DNA of 32,454 bases from Gemmatimonadota bacterium (GTDB taxonomy: Bacteria; Gemmatimonadota; Gemmatimonadetes; Gemmatimonadales; GWC2-71-9), in the NCBI GenBank assembly GCA_004357415.1, contig SMVY01000049.1, forward strand, positions 1 through 32,454, written 5' to 3'. The position numbers and the translations under genes were made by a program. Below the pieces are notes generated by a model. The model worked only from the letters and a program-made list of their open reading frames with translations, was not told the origin of the DNA and searched no databases. This document shows, piece after piece, positions 25,786-32,454 of the stretch (its first letter is position 1; every line of letters starts with the position of its first letter).

Positions 25786-26553
25786 TTACTCGGTCGGCGC
25801 GTCCGGTTCCACGTGCTCGATGGCTTCGAGTTTGAGCGTGAGGGTTCCGTACGGGGTCTTGAGCCGGATCCGTGCCGGCAGGCGCCGCTGGTCGTCCGTG
25901 AGCCACACCTGCGCCCGGACCCTGCGGGCCAGCAGGTCGTGCTGTCCCATGACCGGTTCGAGCTTCAGTGACTGAACCTTGGTGCCGTCGGGGAGCTTGA
26001 TCCACTCGCGCTTGGTCACGGCAATGGTCAGCGGGTTGTTCTCCGCCTTGTAGTAGCGATGGTAGACGTAGGTCTGGCCCACTTCCAGCGGCACCGACCG
26101 CATGAAGTAGAAGAACGAGGTCTCGTCCAATGGTTCGGGCGGGGTAGGCCTTCGTTCGCCTCCGTTGACGATGTAATAGCCCGAGTCAGGGAAGATCTCC
26201 AGAAGCTCTTCGGCTCGGAAACTTCCTTCCTCGATCTTCTTGTAGAACCGGCGGGTGATCAGATCGTCCCGGCCGGTCCACGCCTCGACCCGGTCGTGCA
26301 CCCGGTATCCGAGCACGCCTCCATCGAGGGTGAACACGAAGTGGTAACTCTCCACGCCGCGAACTGTGTCCAGGCCGACGACCGACATGGTCGCCGTCCC
26401 AACCCTGAGCATGCCGATCTTTACGGCGTAACGCAGGTGCTCGCCCACCACGAACGCCGCCGGCCGGTGGTCGGTGGGGGCGGGGGCGGCGGCCGTCTGG
26501 GCCGACGCGACGCTGGCGCCCTGGAGCAGCAGGGTGAGGACAAGACCGGTCAT
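25786..26553 (-). CDS. DUF3108 domain protein (secreted)
   Basis: Signal peptide MTGLVLTLLLQGASVASAQ, then GEHLRYAVKIGMLRVGTATMSV, which is typical of DUF3108. The ATG at 26553 overlaps the GT2 stop (ATGA). Confidence 0.75.
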   Translation of the reverse strand: MTGLVLTLLLQGASVASAQTAAAPAPTDHRPAAFVVGEHLRYAVKIGMLRVGTATMSVVGLDTVRGVESYHFVFTLDGGVLGYRVHDRVEAWTGRDDLITRRFYKKIEEGSFRAEELLEIFPDSGYYIVNGGERRPTPPEPLDETSFFYFMRSVPLEVGQTYVYHRYYKAENNPLTIAVTKREWIKLPDGTKVQSLKLEPVMGQHDLLARRVRAQVWLTDDQRRLPARIRLKTPYGTLTLKLEAIEHVEPDAPTE

Positions 26554-27353
26554 GCTGCCCGCGGCCTCCGCTTCCGGCGGGTGCGGGTACGGGGGCGGGG
26601 GCGGGGGCGCCGTTCGGGGTCGGTCTTGAGTGGGGGCAGGACGATACCCTTCCGCAGGCGCCACAGCGCCAGTGCCTGTGCCAGGGGTCGTACCCGGCTG
26701 GGCCGCTGGCGCATGTCGTGGCGTTCCTCGACATCGACTGTCGCCACGCTGCGGGCTACCTGAGCCACTCTCGCCTGCAGCTCGGCGTTGGCGGCCCAGC
26801 CCTCGGTGGCGAAGAACTTGCCGGGTGCGTTGCGCATGGCATTCCGGACCGTGATGAGCCGGCAGGCGATAAACCCGTTGGCGAGGTCGGATGTCCCCTC
26901 GACGTTGGCCGACTTGCGGAACAGCCGGTGGGCCCAACTCCGGAGCCACCGGTACCAGCGGGGGGCGCCTACCAGCGTTGCCTGGCCCACCACCAAGTCG
27001 GCCCCGCTCTCCAACCGCCGGACGAAATCCGGAATCCTGCCGGCGTCGTAGGTGAAATCCGCCTGCAGCAGCAGGGCGCTGTCCCGCTTCGGTCGATCGC
27101 TTCGTTCCACGGCGGCCTGAAGGAGGGTCTCTACTGCCGCGGCGTAACCCTCCCGGCGATCTCGCCGAATGACCGTGAGGGGAAGGACTTTCTTGTACGG
27201 CTCCAACACGTCCGCGGAGCGGTCGGTAGAGCCGTCGTCGAGTACCAGGATGTGATACTCCCGCGGAAACTCGGCGAAGACCTTGCGGATCTTCCACAGG
27301 AGGATGCCGATGGTATCGGCCTCGTTGTAACTCGGAATGCAGACGTAAATCAT
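26550..27353 (-). CDS. Family 2 glycosyltransferase (polyprenol-phosphate sugar transferase-like) with an Arg/Pro-rich C-terminal tail
   Basis: MIYVCIPSYNEADTI ... ILVLDDGSTDRS ... REGYAAAV. The tail is KTDPERRPRPRPRTRTRRKRRPRAA. Confidence 0.85.
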   Translation of the reverse strand: MIYVCIPSYNEADTIGILLWKIRKVFAEFPREYHILVLDDGSTDRSADVLEPYKKVLPLTVIRRDRREGYAAAVETLLQAAVERSDRPKRDSALLLQADFTYDAGRIPDFVRRLESGADLVVGQATLVGAPRWYRWLRSWAHRLFRKSANVEGTSDLANGFIACRLITVRNAMRNAPGKFFATEGWAANAELQARVAQVARSVATVDVEERHDMRQRPSRVRPLAQALALWRLRKGIVLPPLKTDPERRPRPRPRTRTRRKRRPRAA

Positions 27354-27522
27354 TAGTACCCAGTACCTAGAATTCTATGAGAACGATAATCGGGCGCCCC
27401 GCCTCGTTCCAGGAGGGTCAAGATCCGGGCCAGGCTGGTGTCCGGCTGTGCCGGACTCTCCTGGGTGTTCGGGGATGCCGGTGTCCGCGGGATGAGACGG
27501 GCCGCGTCGAACCGACACAGTC

Positions 27523-29427
27523 CTACGGCGTGAGTTGGCAGAGGACTTGGCGGAGTTCGACGAGGCTGAATGGCTTCTGGAGGCAGGGACGTCCCTGGGC
27601 CTCGAGAAACTCGAGAGTGTCGTCGCGGACGGTGTCGCCGGTGCTGAAGACGATGCGCTTGATCAACTCGGGACGGTCTCGCTTCAGCGTCTCGTAGAAC
27701 TCGCGCCCGCTCGCGTTGGGCATCCTGAGGTCGGTAATGATGACGTCGAATTCGTCGTCGGCCACCTGTTGCAAGGCTCGCGCGCCGTCATGGGCCACCT
27801 TGACCGAATGCCCCCATCCCTCGAGCGTGGCGTGCATGTAGTGGAGAATGTGCGGTTCGTCGTCGACCACGAGGATGCGTAAGTTGGCCGCGACCTTCTC
27901 GCTGGCCGGTGCCGGCTCGGCGGTGTGGCCGGCGCTCGTTCCGGGGAGTTCGATGCGGAACATGGTCCCGTGGGGACCTGAGCCTACCAGCGATATCCGA
28001 CCTCCGTGTTCCTTGATGATGCCTTGGCTGATCGACAGGCCAAGCCCGGTGCCGGTGCCTTCGGGCTTGGTGGTGTAGAACGGATCGAAGATCTTGTCGC
28101 GCTCGGCTTGGGCGATCCCCGGCCCGTTGTCGCTGACGTCGATGGCGATCCCGTCGGTCCACTTGCGCGCCCGGATCAGAATCCGGCCGGCCCGCTCCGC
28201 GGCCTCGATGGCCTGCGCCGCGTTGGTGACGAGGTTGACGATCACTTGCTGGATGCGGGTGGGTTCGATGTCGAGTTCCGGCAGGCCCGGCTCGATATCC
28301 ACGATCAACTCGATACTGCGCGACGCCAGGTCGTTGCGCATCAACTCGCTGGTGACTTTGAGGAGCTTGGGGACCGCGGTGGGCCGCCAGGGCCCTTGAT
28401 GCTTTCTGGCGAACGTCAGCAGGTTCTTGACGATGTTGGCGGCTCGCTCGGCCTCCTGCTGAATGACCCGGAGCGGTTCCCGGTGTTGATCCGCGAGGGA
28501 AGAGCTTTCCAGCAGGTAGTCGGCGAAACCGACGACCGATGCCAGCGGGTTGTTCAGATCGTGCGCCACCCCCGCAATCAACTGACCCATGGCGGACATC
28601 TTCTCCGATTGCACCAGTTGTTCCTGCAAACGATACTGTTCCGTGTGATCCTCTATCAGCACGATCCGGTCGCTGCCCGCGGCATCGTCGACGGACACCG
28701 TTCGAATGTTGAACCGGCGGCCGCCGTCGTCGGCGGTACGCGATCCCCCGCGGTAATCCGCTTCCAGCATCGGTCCGAGTGTGGCCAGCCATGCCTGGGG
28801 AAACACCGTGGTCCAATGTTCCTCCGCGATGCTGCTGCGCGATCGGCCGATCAGGTCCGCGAAGGCGCGGTTGGCGAGGTGGACACAGCCGTCGGCCGCC
28901 ACGGTGCACAGCGCGGTGGGGACGGCGTCGACGGTAAGGTCCCAGGTCGCCTCGCCGCTCGCGCCGTGCCGCCCGAGATTGGCTAGGGCGTTGACCGTTG
29001 CAGTCAACAGGATGTCCAACACATCGACGTCGTGGGGCGTGAAGCGGGGCCCTGAGCTGGCGACCGCCACCAGCCCATGGCGCCGGCCGAGGACGACGAG
29101 CGAGCCCTCGAGTACCGTGCCCTGGGGCCCGCTGATTCCGGTGGCCGCCCCCCGGATCCCCCCGGTATTCTGCTCGATGGCGAGCGAGGCGCCCGGACCT
29201 GAGGTGTGAATGATCTCCGGGTCGGCGGAGTCCTCCTGATACAGGGCGATGGCGCGCTCGCAGGTGGGGTACCAACCCGCAAGTTGTTGCCACAGCAGGT
29301 CGATCACCGCGGCGGGAGCTGCCGCTGCGGCCACGGCCCGGGAGAATTCTGCGATACGGCGCAATTCCTGCACGGTAGCTTTCGTGTCCACGGCTTCGGT
29401 GGACGGTGGGAAAGGAGGTTCGGTCAT
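27523..29427 (-). CDS. Cytoplasmic hybrid sensor histidine kinase (GAF-PAS-HisKA-HATPase-REC)
   Basis: H-box AGVAHDLNNPL, N-box NLVTNAAQA, DNGPGI and GTGLGLS. The C-terminal receiver reads ILVVDDEPHI...DVIITDLRMP...QKPF. There is no TM segment. The start is uncertain: ATG 29481, ATG 29427 or GTG 29391. Confidence 0.85.
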   Translation of the reverse strand: MTEPPFPPSTEAVDTKATVQELRRIAEFSRAVAAAAAPAAVIDLLWQQLAGWYPTCERAIALYQEDSADPEIIHTSGPGASLAIEQNTGGIRGAATGISGPQGTVLEGSLVVLGRRHGLVAVASSGPRFTPHDVDVLDILLTATVNALANLGRHGASGEATWDLTVDAVPTALCTVAADGCVHLANRAFADLIGRSRSSIAEEHWTTVFPQAWLATLGPMLEADYRGGSRTADDGGRRFNIRTVSVDDAAGSDRIVLIEDHTEQYRLQEQLVQSEKMSAMGQLIAGVAHDLNNPLASVVGFADYLLESSSLADQHREPLRVIQQEAERAANIVKNLLTFARKHQGPWRPTAVPKLLKVTSELMRNDLASRSIELIVDIEPGLPELDIEPTRIQQVIVNLVTNAAQAIEAAERAGRILIRARKWTDGIAIDVSDNGPGIAQAERDKIFDPFYTTKPEGTGTGLGLSISQGIIKEHGGRISLVGSGPHGTMFRIELPGTSAGHTAEPAPASEKVAANLRILVVDDEPHILHYMHATLEGWGHSVKVAHDGARALQQVADDEFDVIITDLRMPNASGREFYETLKRDRPELIKRIVFSTGDTVRDDTLEFLEAQGRPCLQKPFSLVELRQVLCQLTP

Positions 29428-30139
29428 GATTCTCGCGGATACTCGAAGCCGCCTGTCTGCCAACGACCGGCAGCTAGTCATACTCCTCTTGAGTCGGGGG
29501 TCGGCAGTGACCCGGGCTCGGGTCGAACGTCAACTGGACCAGGAGGGGATCGACGCCCTGCTGGATCATCCCGAGTTGTTCGAGCGACTCGTGGCGGTCC
29601 GCGGCATGTTGTTGCCGTCACCCGCTCTGTTCTATTACGTCGCCGTGCGGCACCTCCTGCAGGGTGCGGGAACGGATGATCGCGACCTGTCCGACTATCT
29701 CGCCGCCATGCTCCTCGAATTTGGGCGCCGGGACCGTGCCTGGCGCATCGACTGGAACGACGATCACCGCCACCGGTATGTTGTCGACATCCTCGACGAT
29801 CTCAACCTGAGCAGTGGCAGCCGCCGGTTCAAGGTCATGGTCCACCTCGGCAACTACGCCTTGTGGCTGGTCGGCATCTTTCCCGACTATATCGCCGCCC
29901 GGCGGTTGCGGAAGGGTGGTCCCGGCATCGAATACTACGAGCGCCTGGGGCAACGAGGGTACCAAATGGCCTCTGACCACGTGTTGGCCGACAGCCTCGG
30001 GCTCGAGCCGGTCTTCCGTGCCGCCGCCGAGCGCTTCACCCAGTCGCGGCGTGCCCTCAACCGGCTGAGCGACCAACTGCTGTTCCCCAACCACTGTTCA
30101 CCCGATCGCATTCTCCGTGAGTTGGAGAGGCCGGCCTGA
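29426..30139 (+). CDS. Hypothetical protein (237 aa), divergent from the kinase
   Basis: The ATG at 29426 is preceded by AAAGGAGG (29411-29418) with a 7-nt spacer. Third-position GC is high throughout. Sequence: MILADTRSRLSANDRQLVILLL...LGNYALWLVGIFPDYIAARR.... No domain recognised. Confidence 0.55.
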   Translation: MILADTRSRLSANDRQLVILLLSRGSAVTRARVERQLDQEGIDALLDHPELFERLVAVRGMLLPSPALFYYVAVRHLLQGAGTDDRDLSDYLAAMLLEFGRRDRAWRIDWNDDHRHRYVVDILDDLNLSSGSRRFKVMVHLGNYALWLVGIFPDYIAARRLRKGGPGIEYYERLGQRGYQMASDHVLADSLGLEPVFRAAAERFTQSRRALNRLSDQLLFPNHCSPDRILRELERPA

Positions 30140-30892
30140 CCGCCACTCCACGGCCGCGTCCACCAATGCCGTGAACAGACCTTGTTCGGGCGCCTCGGAT
30201 TCCCGCCAGAAACTCTCAGGGTGCCACTGGACGCCCACCAGCCAGTGCTCGTCATCGTTGCCCTCAGCGGCCTCGATGACACCGTCGTCCGCCAACGCCG
30301 TGGCGTGCAGCCCCTGGGCCAGGTCTCGGATGGCCTGATGGTGGAACGAGTTGGTGAGGACCAGGTCGCGTCCCATCGCGGCCAGCGCTAGGCTGCCCGG
30401 CAGCATCCGGACATGGTGGGTCCGTTCGTGCCATTGGGATCCCTTGTCGTGGTCGAGGTCCGAAGGCCGCTGAGCTGGGAGGTCGTGCCACAGCGTCCCC
30501 CCGAGGACCACGTTGACCAGTTGGAAGCCCCGACAGATTGCCAGGACCGGAACCCGGTTGGACCGGGCAGCGCGGAACAGTGCCATCTCGAAGGCATCCC
30601 GGTCCCCGTCGGTGTCACGGAGGTGCTCGGTACCGGTCCGGTCGCAGTGCTCCGGGAGGAGATCCTCTCCGCCCGTCAGGAGCAGCCCGTGACAGGCCGC
30701 GAGGGCCTCGGCGGCAGCGGACGGTCCAATGACTGGTGGCAGGACCAGCGGAACACCGCCGGCAGCGCTCACCGAGTGGGCGTAGTCGATGTGGACGCCC
30801 GTGTGCTGCCGGCCGAGCTCACCCGTTACTCGGGCGCTGATGCCGATCCGCGGTGCCGTCACAGCAGCAGGGAATCCGGAAAGACCGGACAT
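30098..30892 (-). CDS. Peptidase C26 / class I glutamine amidotransferase-like gamma-glutamyl hydrolase (PuuD-like)
   Basis: LLLTGGEDL, the nucleophile context AICRGFQLVNV, NSFHHQAI and GVQWHPE. The ATG at 30892 is preceded by GAGGA 6 nt upstream; a GTG at 30862 (GTGA overlap with the upstream stop) is an alternative. Confidence 0.85.
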   Translation of the reverse strand: MSGLSGFPAAVTAPRIGISARVTGELGRQHTGVHIDYAHSVSAAGGVPLVLPPVIGPSAAAEALAACHGLLLTGGEDLLPEHCDRTGTEHLRDTDGDRDAFEMALFRAARSNRVPVLAICRGFQLVNVVLGGTLWHDLPAQRPSDLDHDKGSQWHERTHHVRMLPGSLALAAMGRDLVLTNSFHHQAIRDLAQGLHATALADDGVIEAAEGNDDEHWLVGVQWHPESFWRESEAPEQGLFTALVDAAVEWRSGRPLQLTENAIG

Positions 30893-31344
30893 GCCGGGTC
30901 CTCGAACCGAACCCGTTCCAGCTTGATGCCGATCAGCGGGATCATCTCGTTTCCGATCGACACCTCACCGATGATGGGGGCTCCTTGGAGAGGATCACCT
31001 GTGAACATCATGACGCCGACCACGGTGGCCGATAGATCGAGCACCAGCACGCCGAACCCGGGCATTTCATCGGCCTCGAACGTTCCCTCGACGCCGATTA
31101 CCCAAGTGGTGTCGGCGCGGCCCACGATAGCTCGGTAGGCCGGCCCGGCGGCCACCCGGGCGACCAGCCGTTCGGGCAATTCACTGGGCGCGGCCGCCAG
31201 GGTCTGGCCCGGGACCCCGAACTCACTCAGCAGTATGGTCGGCCCGGCGAGGGCGGCGATGCCGCAAGCGGGGCTGCCCTGGCGCTCGCCGCCGCAGCCG
31301 GCGACCAGCATGATCGACAGGGTAACCATCATGCGATGGCGCAT
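30859..31344 (-). CDS. Hypothetical lipoprotein
   Basis: The start is reset to the ATG at 31344, preceded by GGAGG. This gives MRHRMMVTLSIMLVAGCGG (lipobox). No domain recognised. Confidence 0.5.
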   Translation of the reverse strand: MRHRMMVTLSIMLVAGCGGERQGSPACGIAALAGPTILLSEFGVPGQTLAAAPSELPERLVARVAAGPAYRAIVGRADTTWVIGVEGTFEADEMPGFGVLVLDLSATVVGVMMFTGDPLQGAPIIGEVSIGNEMIPLIGIKLERVRFEDPACPVFPDSLLL

Positions 31345-31418
31345 GGTGCCTCCGGGTAGCACGGATAGTGGGCTTCGCGAAACATACACGCAAACCATCC
31401 GGCCCGTGCCGGCTGCGC

Positions 31419-31447
31419 TTGACGCTCCAGCGACTGGCCTCTAACAT
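31419..31447 (+). promoter_or_regulatory. Candidate sigma70-type promoter for the PspA-like gene (TTGACG-17 nt-TAACAT)
   Basis: TTGACG at 31419-31424, an exact 17-nt spacer and TAACAT at 31442-31447, about 55 nt upstream of the ATG at 31502. This is a hexamer match only. Confidence 0.35.
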
Positions 31448-31501
31448 TGGACGTCTGCCAGCACAGGTTTCCGATTCCTCGTTACCGGTTGAACATCCAT
31501 A

Positions 31502-32074
31502 ATGTTTGAAGGTTGGCGTGACCGTGTGGAGCAGCTGTTGTCCGACCTCACGCCCGACACCGACCCGCGCGAGCGGACCGGCCCGATGCGGGAGGCGATG
31601 ATCGAGCTGAAGGTCGGACTGCAGGCCATGGGTGAGGGGCTCGACGCGACTACGCGCCAGGTCGAGGATGAACGGCGGCACTTGGCCGATGCCGAACGTC
31701 GTGGCCGCCTTGCGGCCGCCGTCCCCGACCAGGAAACCGTGCGTATTGCCGAGGAGTTCGCGGGGAAACACCGGGAACGAATTGCGCTGCTGGAGCGGAA
31801 GCTAGCCGTCCAGCAGCAGGAGTTGGCGATGGCCCACCGGGATCTCGACGAACTGCGGACCCGCTTCAAGGCGGCATCCATGGGACTGGAGGACGACGGC
31901 AACCTGGCCAGCGTCAACCGCGCTTGGCGCGATCTCGAAGCCGCCGGTGGCCAGCGGCCGGAGACCGACCTGAAGGGCGAGCTGCTGCAAGCCGATCTAG
32001 ACCGGCAGGCGAAGGAGGCCGCTGTCGACCAACAACTCGCCTACCTCAAACGCAAGATGAAACACGACCGGTAG
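31502..32074 (+). CDS. PspA/IM30-like coiled-coil protein
   Basis: Heptad-rich and charged throughout. The N-terminus MFEGWRDRVEQLLSDL resembles the PspA amphipathic start. The C-terminus DQQLAYLKRKMKHDR resembles E. coli PspA EQLAQLKAKMKQDNQ. Confidence 0.5.
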   Translation: MFEGWRDRVEQLLSDLTPDTDPRERTGPMREAMIELKVGLQAMGEGLDATTRQVEDERRHLADAERRGRLAAAVPDQETVRIAEEFAGKHRERIALLERKLAVQQQELAMAHRDLDELRTRFKAASMGLEDDGNLASVNRAWRDLEAAGGQRPETDLKGELLQADLDRQAKEAAVDQQLAYLKRKMKHDR

Positions 32075-32164
32075 CCCAACCCACTTGCGGCGGCGTGTGC
32101 GACTGCAGCCAGCGGTCGTCTCACCACGCGGACACCTCTCGACTCCAACCTACGGATACACGGC

Positions 32165-32454
32165 ATGAGCGAACGCGCAGCGGCAGCCCAGACGGACGAC
32201 ACCGCCTTCTTCGGGCATCCCCGGGGGCTGTCCACCCTGTTCTTCACCGAGTTGTGGGAGCGGTTCAGCTACTACGGCATGCGGGCCATTCTCATCCTGT
32301 TCATGACGGCCCCCATCGCGGCCGGCGGGATGGAGTACGACGTGGGGAAGGCCGGCGCGGTGTACGGCACCTACGTCTCGTTGGTGTATCTCCTGGCGCT
32401 GCCTGGGGGGTGGGTGGCCGACCGGCTGATCGGCATGCGCCGGGCGGTCTTGTA
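32165..32454 (+). CDS. Proton-dependent oligopeptide transporter (POT/PTR2, DtpT-like); N-terminal part only, runs off the window
   Basis: My own translation from the ATG at 32165: ...FFGHPRGLSTLFFTELWERFSYYGMRAILILFM...LPGGWVADR. This is the canonical POT signature. Confidence 0.85.
   Translation, partial: MSERAAAAQTDDTAFFGHPRGLSTLFFTELWERFSYYGMRAILILFMTAPIAAGGMEYDVGKAGAVYGTYVSLVYLLALPGGWVADRLIGMRRAVL

Noticed and set aside
1-32454. A search by eye for tRNA, rRNA, CRISPR arrays, IS element or transposase ends, integrases, phage genes, toxin-antitoxin pairs, and known defence-system signatures (nucleases, reverse transcriptases, STAND or SIR2/TIR domains).
   Set aside because: None found. 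The intergenic regions are short and lack tRNA-like T-arm motifs. Every sizeable ORF is accounted for by housekeeping or envelope functions, or by the hypothetical proteins listed above.

Overview
This is a high-GC bacterial chromosomal segment (not computed; roughly two-thirds G+C by eye). It is densely packed with core-metabolism and cell-envelope genes, most on the minus strand. I found no rRNA, tRNA, CRISPR array, transposase, integrase or phage gene.

Gene order:
- Left block (minus strand): a partial DsbA-like oxidoreductase, a lipoprotein and an M23 peptidase. A very tight dnaE-accA-PSP1(ricT-like)-metG chain follows.
- Middle (plus strand): a FadL/PorV-like outer-membrane barrel coupled to a DUF2265 aminopeptidase. 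After it come a 30-codon macrodomain remnant coupled to a TPR protein (minus strand) and an M20 dipeptidase (plus strand).
- An 11-gene co-directional minus-strand block: thiO-like, DUF1684, TlpA-like lipoprotein, lipA, pdhA, pdhB, pdhC, lpd, a 4-TM protein, lipB and an acidic hypothetical protein.
- Right block: a small membrane protein with a bidirectional terminator, then hybrid histidine kinase / GT2 glycosyltransferase / DUF3108. Next come a wedged orphan ORF, a lipoprotein plus C26 amidotransferase-like hydrolase, a PspA/IM30-like protein and the 5' end of a POT peptide transporter.

Many long ORFs in the supplied track are antisense or alternate-frame artefacts of the high GC content, or false N-terminal extensions. 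I re-set starts using conserved N-termini, lipoboxes, SD motifs and stop/start overlaps.

I see no hallmark of a known defence or mobile system, and most of the window looks ordinary. The best candidates for undescribed biology are:
1. Two uncharacterised genes translationally embedded in the lipoylation/PDH supra-operon.
2. The macrodomain stump still coupled to a TPR protein with an unknown C-terminal domain.
3. The head-to-head overlapping kinase/orphan gene pair.
4. Three sequence-level oddities: a sense-strand G-quadruplex motif between pdhC and lpd, an 8-copy heptamer array upstream of the TlpA-like gene, and a U-tract-less 14-bp hairpin upstream of lipA.

All functional calls rest on motif recognition by eye. 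No database search was run.
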